DNA from: Nemertoderma westbladi
Lineage: Eukaryota > Animalia > Xenacoelomorpha
DNA length: 64,000 nucleotides
Reading direction: 5' to 3'
NCBI GenBank assembly: GCA_032718475.1
Contig: JAUCBJ010007597.1
Location: forward strand, 62,001 to 126,000
Below the pieces are notes generated by a model that did not search any database, was not told the DNA's origin, and worked only from the letters and a program-made list of their open reading frames with translations. The position numbers and the translations under genes are program-made. Of this stretch, positions 12,541-24,409 are shown piece by piece (position 1 is the first letter of the stretch; every line of letters starts with the position of its first letter).

Positions 12541-13420
12541 TTTCGAACAATTCATTTCTGGAGTGATGGCTGTACTGCGCAGTTTAGATCACAGTATGCC
12601 TTTCATTTGTTCGAAACAAACTACTGTACTTAATGGCGGATGAGAAGTTTTTGAACTTTGGAGAAGCGCATCACTTCAAGGGACCGCATGATGGTGTGGG
12701 CGGTCTAGTGAAGCGAGCTGTTTACCGTCGAGTGGTCAGTGATTTAGTTGTAATCGATAGTGCCAAACATTTTGCAAATTTTGCATCTAACTTAGAGAGC
12801 CTGAACATCGAAATAGAGTATATTGATCGGGAAGCCGTCCGGGAGTTTCAGGAGAAGGTCGATTTCTCGTCTTTTCTTGTATTGAAAGTACATCAGGTTG
12901 TTTTCGCACCAAGTGAGATTAAGTTTTATCAGTTTAGCCACTATAACAACTCTGTTGTTGCTGTTGGTGGTAATAATGAGAAACCGATCGCCATCAAATC
13001 GATTTTAGTTAATGGTGAGGTGGATGTTAACTATATTGATGATAATGAATGTAATGAAACTGTGGTCGAATTTGATGAAACTGTTATTTGGAGTCCTGAG
13101 ATTCCAAACGTTCTGAGATATCCTTTCCTGAAGGAAATTGTTCCAGGAAGATTTGCTTTGGTCGAATTTCAGACGGATGAGGGCCGAAAATTCTATTGTG
13201 TTGGCAATATTGTATCTGCAGAGGATAAAGTAGATTCTCAGGACTTCACCTTGCGATTTCTGCGAAAACATATCACATTTCATGGGGAAATTGGTTTCAC
13301 TTACCCAGCCGTTCCGGATGAGTATACTGTGAATTACAAATAAATTTCAGGTCTACTACCTACTCCGCCTCCTTCACAACGAGGTGTGTACAAATTTGAC
13401 GTCAACTTCTCTGATTTTAA
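12541..13420 (+). pseudogene. Sola-like (probably Sola2) DDD transposase, C-terminal fragment
   Basis: IHFWSDGCTAQF upstream (frameshifted), then HFKGPHDGVGGLVKR in ORF 12633-13343; premature stop at 13341-13343. Confidence 0.7.
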
Positions 13421-14169
13421 TTAATTTTATTTAATTAATTTAAATAAATTAATTAATTAATTAATTTAATTAATTTTGATTAAAATAGGCCTTCAGTTAG
13501 TGTTTTTTGTTAATATGTTTGCATCCAGTATTTGTTAAAAAAAGTACGTCGTGTTATTTAGTTATATTTCAGTTGGTAACAATTTAATAAAAGTAATATT
13601 TTTTTGATAATAACGAACCTATCCTATTATTATTTAATAATAACGAAACTGTCTATCAAATATCAAAATGTTGTTAGTCCGGCAAAAAAATAGAAATATG
13701 TCTAAAAAATTAAATTATATATTGGTTGCAGAATAATTGATTCAATCAATGAAGGTCAAACATAACTTGCTCTGTTAAACACTCGATACTATGAATGTTA
13801 TACTGTATCATTAAGACTAATGAATGTATTTAATTTGTTTCTTTCTTTTAGACTGTCGCTACAGTATAGTCCAGCGCTCTTCCATAGCCTATAGGATTAT
13901 TATGGTTTATTGTTAATAAACCATAAAGGCTTGCCTATATACTAACTGTAGAAGCCCAGTGTTAACCATATCAGTGATAACTTTACTACAGTAGTAATTA
14001 TTCAGGGTACATTTTGAGGAGCAGTTTCGTTTAAATGGCTTTCTAATAGTTGAATGGGTGTCTGAAGAAATATATCATTTTATACTACATTAATTTTGTT
14101 AATTTATCCATCATATGGCACGTAATTAGTGCTGTCCATCATTTGATATTGAGAAATTTTGAACTCCAA

Positions 14170-14588
14170 ATATTATCCGTGCGTTACTTTCCGTGCGTTA
14201 CGGGAGCCACATTTAGTAAAATTGAAAGTTTTCCACTTTCTCTTTGACTTTGATCGTTAAAATTAATGGAGCAGTTAGATGGGTTATTGCTCTACCAGTA
14301 CACAATTTTTAAACCAGTTTAGTAGGGGAACTCGAATGATATTGAGATTACCATTTTGGTCTATTTTTTTTGTCAAAGTTCAATCCGTGCGTTACCGAAA
14401 CTAAATATTGAATTATTTCCATTAATATAATGTTAGGACTGAAAATAAAAATGAAAAATTAATTAGTTAGTGATATAGAATAATTTCATCAACTTGGTAA
14501 TACAAAAATATCAATTTAAGCGAACAAAAACGAACAAAGGAGCGTTCATATTCCGTGCGTTACCAGAAATGACTTTTCAATAATGCCC
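14170..14588 (+). mobile_element. Right end of the Sola-like transposon
   Basis: Four TCCGTGCGTTAC subterminal repeats (~14176, 14190, 14384, 14552) and terminus ...CAATAATGCCC followed by TTAA. Left end not found. Confidence 0.55.
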
Positions 14589-14744
14589 TTAACAACCACG
14601 GAAATAAACTTCCGGGAAAGGCTGAGATATTACAACTGAAAGATAAATATCCTGAGCTAGGAAGCCGATCATGGCGGAACATAAAAGATTTCTGCCGTAA
14701 TAATCAACGAAACAAACTCAAATTTAACTGAAATTGATTGTCTC

Positions 14745-14985
14745 GATTCCCGTCAAGGAAGTTTTAACTACATTAATAACTGACATTATTTTAATGAAAA
14801 TATATTAACTGGCATTATTGTAGTAGTACTGTGTATATTCCATAAATTTGGATACCCGTCGGGAAGGTTTAACTAACAATAATAACTGATATTATTTTAA
14901 GGACAATATTTTAACTGGTATTATTGTAGTTGTAGTAGTATATTCCATAAATTTTGTTTCCCGTATAGGAAGGTTTAACAAATAT
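14745..14985. repeat. ~105-bp diverged tandem repeat, ~2.3 copies
   Basis: CCCGT...GGAAGKTTTAAC...TATTCCATAAATTT repeated. Confidence 0.75.
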
Positions 14986-15518
14986 TAATTTGAGTTTAGT
15001 ATAAGAACAAGTTTAGTACATTACATTAGTAGTATTTCATGTATCCATAAATATTTTTGGTCAGAGTATAATTAAAAATAAATTTCGAAGAACGTTGGAA
15101 TAAAAGAATTAGATTTCATTGTTAATTTAATTGTTAATTCATTGTCTAATGCTGAGACTATTGCAAAAACTACTTAATGATAGAAAGATATGGCGGTGTA
15201 TATATGGTACTCAGTTTGTATAAATATTTTTGGTTCTGTCACCCTCATTTATAATCAAATACAAAACGGGGACATATTTGTCAACCACCACAGAGTGTTA
15301 TAACGGGGACAAATATACACAAAAGTAACACAAACAATATCCGCAAGTTTAACACAAACTGTGGACATGAAGCTGTTCAACTGAAAATTTGGAAATATAT
15401 AAAATAAAACCCGCTGAATCGATTTTAGCTGTAAAACAGACCGGGGACGTCCCCGTTTTGCAGTATGTCCCCGGTATGTGGGTCAAATTTATGATGTGTG
15501 TCCCCTATTTACACGAGT

Positions 15519-15553
<35 letters not shown>

Positions 15554-15789
15554 ACTTTTGAAAAACGGCCATAGTATAATTATAACAGTTCGCTGATGGC
15601 TCGCATTTTTGACTCGCCCCACAATAAATTAATAATTGCAGAAAAGACGTGTATTTACAACCTCGTGTTTCGTGAAGGTGGGGCCTTCGCGCAGCAATAG
15701 GCTAGGTGAGCTTTAGCATGTATCATTAGTGTACCGACTGATGAGGAACTATATAAATGTGTAGTAGCATACATACCTGTCTTAATTTT

Positions 15790-17348
15790 TGATAGGCTAT
15801 ATCTGTATCTGGTTGCGTTCCATTTCATCAAAGATTAACTGACTTATTAGTGTCAAAAATTACCAACTACAACGACGACCGCAGACGGTCCACTAATGTC
15901 CGACATGCTAAGACTCACCTCCCAACATTCAGTTATAAATACAGTGTAGGATAAGATACCAAACGTAAAAAATTATCATGATAATTGTTTTATTCATTTC
16001 ACTGGTTCATAGGTGCGCTGCTGAAAGATGGACGTTTTACGGAAACGGCTGCCGATGGGGCCATTTCAGTATTTTTCCGACAGGCCCCTAATAGATACGG
16101 AGGCGTTAACTAGTAAGTCAATTTTCTGTATCACTTCTACTTCTGAAATTTTATTATAATATAATTTATTAATTTAACATTATATGTGGCGGTTGCTGTA
16201 GAAAGGTCACATAATATTTCTAGATCAAAATTTTACCCCCTTTTCAGCTGCCAGATTTTCAGAAACGTAACTTCACTTCTTAAAATGTTATGCCGGTCTG
16301 TCCGACTGTCTGTTTGTCCATCTTTTCTACTTTAGGTTGTAGAACATAACAAAAGCACACTAATTTGCTAATAGTTTTACCTTGGGGGTTTTCCGGGTCG
16401 GTGATTTCATTTCCGATGTCAGTTTTCATGTTTGACGGAATCTAGTATGTCTTTCTGTCTACACTCATGTAATTCGGGACAAATCTCGATCTCTTATTGT
16501 ATAAAAATTTACAGACACCGGTATTTTATAATATTTATTTATTCTATTGCAGTTTATCTGGAAGAAAACAAGAAAAGAAAACAAGAAAAGCAGAGGAGAA
16601 GGGCAAGGACATTGGAGTTGAGGAAGAGAGGTTATCAATGCCTCCTATGGCTGCCGTGGAAATCGATGATGGTGTGGAGGGAGACGAGGAAGAGTAGAAG
16701 AGAGAAGACGAGGATTGAGTACTTCATACTCAATGTGCCTTTCTTATAGCCAAATTATATTATACTGTAGCTCGCAGCTCGCACTGTAATCTTATGTACA
16801 GAAGTACACTAGCAGGCCTACTATATACAGTAAGTAAAGACTTGAAGTAAATACACAGTAAAAACACTTTAACATTAGGCCTACTTAATTCAGCATTCGT
16901 TTGATTATTACTTACTTGATTACTATATTACAATTTTGGTTAATTGATATTAAAAGATAGAATATGTGCTTTCAAATGTAAAAATACTAAGTTTGGATTA
17001 TACTGTACCATCAACAACGACATTTTTTACGAATAACCTTCAGTTTAGTTAGGTTTAAGAAATTTTTTAAAGTTGGAACTGCGGCCAAACCAACGATAAT
17101 TCAACAGTATGCAACGTTGAAAAATAACATTCATACTGCAGCAAAACCAACGATAAGTCAACAGTATGCAACGTTAAAAAATAACGCTCATTTGTCATTG
17201 TTTATAGTTAGGTTTAAAGTATTTTTTAACGTTGGAACTGCGGCCAAACCAACGATAATTCAACAGTATGCAACGTTGAATACTAACGTTCATTTGTTAG
17301 AAAATGAGTGTTGAATAACGTTACATGAACGTTAAATTGTTTGCAGGG
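15790..17348 (+). mobile_element. 3' remnant of an animal EnSpm/CACTA-like element
   Basis: Exon-like 16012-16112 reads ...FFRQAPNRYGG, resembling the A.DR.GG end of DUF4806-type ORFs; acidic last exon ~16551-16716; subterminal repeats ACTGCRGCMAAACCAACGATAA (17075-17280); terminus ...AACGTTAAATTGTTTGCAGGG at 17348. Confidence 0.4.
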
Positions 17349-17359
17349 TAGTAGACCTG

Positions 17360-18019
17360 TACCGAACAACAAGATTCCCACAAGAAATGAAAACAAATAA
17401 GTTGGTGCCAGTTCCCAAGAAGGGCAACCTAACACTCTATGGTTCTTTTCGGGGAATCTCATTGATCTCGATTGCTGCAAAGCTATACAATAGAATTATA
17501 TTAAATCTATTAAATTATATTAGGGATCCCATTGAGGACTGCTCCATGGAAATCAGAATGGGTTCCATAAAAGTCGTGGGACCATGGAACCCATTTTGGC
17601 ACTTAGAAGGATAATTGAAGAGTTATCAAAAAAGAAAGACAGGCATCTGGCTGTCTTTGTTGACTTCTTCAAGGCCTTTGATTCAGTCTCTCGCTCACGT
17701 ATGTTCAGCATACATTCATTATATGGGATTCCTGATGAAATTATTGCAGCAATCAGATCCGTATACGATGGTTCGACAACATTTGTGTCTACTGTTGACA
17801 GTGACACAGAACCATTTGAAGTGTTATGGGGCGTCCTCCAAGGAGACACACTTGCACCATTCTTGTTCATAATTGTGGTTGACTATGTTCTACGCATGTC
17901 CTTAGATCATCATAATGATGATGGGGTGATGATAACTCCACCTACTGGCTCCAGAAGTCGAGGAAATCCTGCCAAGTACCTAACTGATCTAGACTTTGCT
18001 GATGACTTAGGAGTACTCT
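17360..18019 (+). mobile_element. Internal RT fragment of the RTE-type LINE
   Basis: VPKKGNL, DFFKAFDSV, GVLQGDTLAPFLF, DLDFADDL; near-identical to 41620-42272 in reverse, with frameshifts. Confidence 0.93.
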
Positions 18020-18329
18020 ACAATCCTCTACTTTGGTGTCTGTCAGAGATGCCATGGCATTGCGCAAATCTAAAGCAGAACTTGAAGCGCACTAGAAAAT
18101 ACAGAATCTGGTTCCGAAACAGAGATAATTTTCCCACTATGGCCAATGGTAATAGTTAGCGCTCAACAGGGTTACAAACAATATGGAAACACTCCTACTG
18201 TAGTTTCCGTAAAAGACAAGAATTACGTAGAATTCTGGTTGCTAGGCAACATTATTACTAATGGGTTGGGTAGCACGATATTTTGGAACTTTTCTACAAA
18301 ATATAAATTATATAGAAATAACATTCGGA

Positions 18330-21300
18330 CAATTCTTTGTGGATGTCACAATAATTATTACGACAATTGTTTGTGGCTGTCACAACATTACGACAATTGT
18401 TTGTTGCTGTCACAACATTACGACAATTGTTTGTGGTTGTCACAACATTACGACAATTTTTTGCGGCAGTCACAACAATCCGGCAATTGTTTGCGGCTGT
18501 CACAACATTCCGGAAATTGTTTGCGGCTGTTACAATATTACGACAATTGTTTGCGGCTGTCACAATATTACGACAATTGTTTGTGGCTGTCACAACGTTA
18601 CGAAAATTGTTTTCTGCTGTCACAATATTCCGACAATTGTTTGCGGCTGTCACAATATTACGACAATTGTTTGTGGCTGTCACAACGTTACGAAAATTGT
18701 TTTCTGCTGTCACAATATTCCGACAATTGTTTGCGGCTGTCACAATATTACGACAATTGTTTGTGGCTGTCACAACATTACGACAATTGTTTGTGGCTGT
18801 CACAACCTTGCGATAATTGTTTGTGGCTGTCGCAACATTACAACAATTGTTTGTGGCTGTTAAAACATTGCGACAATTGTTTGTGGCTGTCACAACATTC
18901 CGACAATTGTTTGTGGCTGTCGCAACATTACAACAATTGTTTGTGGCTGTTACAACATTGCGACAATTGTTTGTGGCAGTCCCAACATTCGGACAATTGT
19001 TTGTGGTCGTCACAACATTACGACAATTGTTTGTGGCAGTCACAACAATCCGGCAATTGTTTGCGGCTGTCACAATATTCCGGAAATTGTTTGTAGCTAT
19101 CACAACAATACGACTATTATTTGTGGCTGTCACACCATTACGACAATTGTTTGTGGCTGTCACAACATTCCGACAATTGTTTGCGGCTGTTACAATATTA
19201 CGACAATTGTGTGTGGCTGTCACAACGTTACGAAAATTGTTTTCTGCTGTCACAATATTCCGACAATTGTTTGCGGCTGTCACAATATTACGACAATTGT
19301 TTGTGGCTGTCACAACATTACGACAATTGTTTGTGGCTGTCACAACCTTGCGATAATTGTTTGTGGCTGTCACAACCTTGCGACAATTGTTTGTGGTTGT
19401 CACAACATAGCGACAATTGTTTGTGGCTGTCACAATATTCCGAAAATTTTTAGTGGCTGTCACAATATTACGACAATTGTTTGTGGCTGTCGCAACATTA
19501 GGACAATTGTTTGTGGCTGTCACAACATTGGGACAATTGTTTGTGGCTGTCACAATAATTATTACGACAATTGTTTGTGGCCGTCACAACATTACGACAA
19601 TTGTTTGTAGCTGTCACAATATTACGACAATTGTTTGTGGCTGTCGCAACATTACAACAATTGTTTGTGGCTGTTACAACATTGCGACAATTGTTTGTGG
19701 CAGTCCCAACATTCGGACAATTGTTTGTGGTCGTCACAACATTACGACAATTGTTTGTAGCAGTCACAACAATCCGGCAATTGTTTGCGGCTGTCACAAC
19801 ATTCCGGAAATTGTTTGTAGCTATCACAACAATACGACTATTATTTGTGGCTGTCACACCATTACGACAATTGTTTGTGGCTGTCACAACATTCCGACAA
19901 TTGTTTGCGGCTGTTACAATATTACGACAATTGTGTGTGGCTGTCACAACATTCAGACAATTGTTTGTGGCTGTCACAACCTAGCGATAATTGTTTGTGG
20001 CTGTCACAATATTCCGACAATTGTTTGCGGCTGTCAAAATATTACGACAATTGTTTGTGGCTGTCACAACATTACGACAATTGTTTGTGGCTGTCACAAC
20101 ATTACGACAATTGTTTGTGGTTGTCACAACATTACGACAATTTTTTGCGGCAGTCACAACAATCCGGCAATTGTTTGCGGCTGTCACAACATTCCGGAAA
20201 TTGTTTGCGGCTGTCACAATATTACGACAATTGTTTGTGGCTGTCACAACATTACGACAATTGTTTGTGGCTGTCACAACCTTACGAAAATTGTTTTCTG
20301 CTGTCACAATATTCCGACAATTGTTTGCGGCTGTCACAATATTACGACAATTGTTTGTGGCTGTCACAACATTACGACAATTGTTTGTGGCTGTCACAAC
20401 ATTACGACAATTGTTTGTGGTTGTCACAACATTACGACAATTTTTTGCGGCAGTCACAACAATCCGGCAATTGTTTGCGGCTGTCACAATATTACGACAA
20501 TTGTTTGTGGCTGTCACAACATTACGACAATTGTTTGTGGCTGTCACAACCTTACGAAAATTGTTTTCTGCTGTCACAATATTCCGACAATTGTTTGCGG
20601 CTGTCACAATATTACGACAATTGTTTGTGGCTGTCACAACATTACGACAATTGTTTGTGGCTGTCACAACATTACGACAATTGTTTGTGGTTGTCACAAC
20701 ATTACGACAATTTTTTGCGGCAGTCACAACAATCCGGCAATTGTTTGCGGCTGTCACAACATTCCGGAAATTGTTTGCGGCTGTTACAATATTACGACAA
20801 TTGTGTGTGGCTGTCACAACGTTACGAAAATTGTTTTCTGCTGTCACAATATTCCGACAATTGTTTGCGGCTGTCACAATATTACGACAATTGTTTGTGG
20901 CTGTCACAACATTACGAAAATTGTTTTCTGCTGTCACAATATTCCGACAATTGTTTGCGGCTGTCACAATATTACGACAATTGTTTGTGGCTGTCACAAC
21001 ATTACGACAATTGTTTGTGGCTGTCACAACCTTGCGATAATTGTTTGTGGCTGTCGCAACATTACAACAATTGTTTGTGGCTGTTAAAACATTGCGACAA
21101 TTGTTTGTGGCTGTCACAACATTCCGACAATTGTTTGTGGCTGTCGCAACATTACAACAATTGTTTGTGGCTGTTACAACATTGCGACAATTGTTTGTGG
21201 CAGTCCCAACATTCGGACAATTGTTTGTGGTCGTCACAACATTACGACAATTGTTTGTGGCAGTCACAACAATCCGGCAATTGTTTGCGGCTGTCACAAC

Positions 21301-24300
21301 ATTCCGGAAATTGTTTGTAGCTATCACAACAATACGACTATTATTTGTGGCTGTCACACCATTACGACAATTGTTTGTGGCTGTCACAACATTCCGACAA
21401 TTGTTTGCGGCTGTTACAATATTACGACAATTGTGTGTGGCTGTCACAACGTTACGAAAATTGTTTTCTGCTGTCACAATATTCCGACAATTGTTTGCGG
21501 CTGTCACAATATTACGACAATTGTTTGTGGCTGTCACAACATTACGACAATTGTTTGTGGCTGTCACAACCTTGCGATAATTGTTTGTGGCTGTCACAAC
21601 CTTGCGACAATTGTTTGTGGTTGTCACAACATTGCGACAATTGTTTGTGGCTGTCGCAACATTAGGACAATTGTTTGTGGCTGTCACAACATTCGGACAA
21701 TTGTTTGTGGCTGTCACAATAATTATTACGACAATTGTTTGTGGCCGTCACAACATTACGACAATTGTTTGTAGCTGTCACAATATTACGACAATTGTTT
21801 GTGGCTGTCGCAACATTACAACAATTGTTTGTGGCTGTTACAACATTGCGACAATTGTTTGTGGCAGTCCCAACATTCGGACAATTGTTTGTGGTCGTCA
21901 CAACATTACGACAATTGTTTGTGGCAGTCACAACAATCCGGCAATTGTTTGCGGCTGTCACAACATTCCGGAAATTGTTTGTAGCTATCACAACAATACG
22001 ACTATTATTTGTGGCTGTCACACCATTACGACAATTGTTTGTGGCTGTCACAACATTCCGACAATTGTTTGCGGCTGTTACAATATTACGACAATTGTGT
22101 GTGGCTGTCACAACATTCAGACAATTGTTTGTGGCTGTCACAACCTTGCGATAATTGTTTGTGGCTGTCACAATATTCCGACAATTGTTTGCGGCTGTCA
22201 CAATATTACGACAATTGTTTGTGGCTGTCACAACATTACGACAATTGTTTGTGGCTGTCACAACCTTACGAAAATTGTTTTCTGCTGTCACAATATTCCG
22301 ACAATTGTTTGCGGCTGTCACAATATTACGACAATTGTTTGTGGCTGTCACAACATTACGACAATTGTTTGTGGCTGTCACAACCTTGCGATAATTGTTT
22401 GTGGCTGTCACAACCTTGCGACAATTGTTTGTGGCTGTCACAACATTGCGACAATTTTTTGTGGCTATCACAACATTTCGACCATTGTTTGCGGCTGTCA
22501 CAATATTACGACAATTGTTTGTGGCTGTCACAACATTACGACAATTGTTTGTGGCTGTCACAACCTTGCGACAATTGTTTGTGGCTGTCTCAACATTGCG
22601 AAAATTTTTTGTGGATGTCACAACATTCCGGCAATTGTACGCGGCTGTCACAACATTACGACAATTGTTTGTGGCTGTCACAACCTTGCGATAATTGTTT
22701 GTGGCTATCACAACATTTCGACCATTGTTTGCGGCTGTCACAATATTACGACAATTGTTTGTGGCTGTCACAACATTACGACAATTGTTTGTGGCTGTCA
22801 CAACCTTGCGACAATTGTTTGTAGCTGTCACAATACTGCGACAATTGTTTGTGGCTGTATCAACATTCCGACAATTGTTTGTAGCTGTCCCGGTTGCACG
22901 GCAGACTGCTACACTGCAGTTGTTTGTGGCTGATGCAGAATTCCTCCATTGTTTGTGCGTATCACAAAACTACAACATTTGTTTGTGGCTGTCACAACAT
23001 TCCGGCATTTGTTTGCAACTGTTACAACATTCTGAAATTTTTTGTGACTGTCACAACATTACGACAATTTTTGTAGCTGTCACAATATTGCTACAATTGT
23101 TTGTGGCTGTCACAATATTGCGACAATTGTTTGTGACTGTCACAACATTACGACATTTTTTTTGTGGCTGTCACAATATTGCGACAATTGTTTGTGGCTG
23201 TCACAAAATTGAGACAATTGTTTGTGGCTGTCACAACATTACGACAATTGTTTGTGTCTGTCACAACATTACGACAATTGTTTGTGGCTTTCAAAACATT
23301 ACGAAAATTGTTTGTAGCTGTCACAACATTGCGACAATTGTTTGTGGCTGTCTCAACATTACGAAAATTGTTTGTAGCTGTCCCGGTTGCACGGCATACT
23401 GCAACACAGCAGTTGTTCGTGGCTGATACAGAATTTCTCCATTGTTTGTGCGTATCACAAAACTACGACTATTGTTTGTGGCTGTCATAACATTCTGACA
23501 ATTGTTTGCCGCTGTCACAACATTCTGAAATTGTTTGTGACTGTCACGACATTACGACAATTTTTTGTGGCTGTCACAATATTGCGACAATTGTTTGTGG
23601 CTGTCACAATTTTGAGACAATTGTTTGTGGCTGTCACAACATTACGACAATTGTTTGTGGCTGTCACAACATTACGACAATTGTTTGTGGCTGTCACAAC
23701 ATTACGACAATTGTTTGTGGCATTTAAAACATTACGAAAATTGTTTGTAGCTGTCACAACATTGCGACAATTGTTTGTGGCTGTCTCAACATTACGAAAA
23801 TTGTTTGTAGCTGTCCCGGTTGCATGTCATACTGCAACACAGCAGTTTTTTGTGGCTGATACAGAATTTCTCCATTGTTTGTGCGTATCACAAAACTACG
23901 ACTATTGTTTGTGGCTGTCATAACATTCTGACAATTGTTTGCGGCTGTCACAACATTCTGAAATTGTTTGTGACTGTCACGACATTACGACAATTTTTTG
24001 TGGCTGTCACAATATTGCGACAATTGTTTGTGGCTGTCACAATTTTGAGACAATTGTTTGTGGCTGTCACAACATTACGACAATTGTTTGTGGCTGTCAC
24101 AACATTACGACAATTGTTTGTGGCATTTAAAACATTACGAAAATTGTTTGTAGCTGTCACAACATTGCGACAATTGTTTGTGGCTGTCTCAACATTACGA
24201 AAATTGTTTGTAGCTGTCCCGGTTGCATGTCATACTGCAACACAGCAGTTTTTTGTGGCTGATACAGAATTTCTCCATTGTTTGTGCGTATCACAAAACT

Positions 24301-24408
24301 ACGACTATTGTTTGTGGCTGTCATAACATTCTGGCAATTGTTTGCGGCTGTCACAACATTCTGAAATTGTTTGTGACTGTCACAACATTACGACAATTAT
24401 TTGTGGCA
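18330..24408. repeat. 30-bp satellite (consensus TTGTTTGTGGCTGTCACAACATTACGACAA), ~200 units, with higher-order repeats
   Basis: Strict 30-bp period. Variant strings recur at ~2.2-kb offsets (18817 vs 21041; 19571 vs 21735); ~400-480-bp units with a non-30-mer insert occur at 22890-24400. Confidence 0.97.
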
Positions 24409-24409
24409 T

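Larger units (their letters stand above)
927..15523. mobile_element. TIR DNA transposon with GGG...CCC termini (superfamily uncertain), enlarged to 14.6 kb by nested insertions
   Basis: Left GGGTGAAAGGTGTAAATCGGGGACA (927-951) matches the reverse complement of the right end GGGTGACTCGTGTAAATAGGGGACA (15499-15523) at 21/25. CGGGGAC motifs recur near both ends (about 945, 1117, 1375, 1635, 15268, 15304, 15442). (CA)n on both flanks; possible 2-bp AC TSD. Confidence 0.7.

Noticed and set aside
927-15523. Dada transposon (microsatellite-targeting)
   Set aside because: Dada elements lack TIRs, this one has them, and no Dada-like transposase is visible.
18330-24408. CRISPR-like array (30-bp palindromic repeat)
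   Set aside because: Units are head-to-tail with no unique spacers, there are no cas genes, and the context is eukaryotic.
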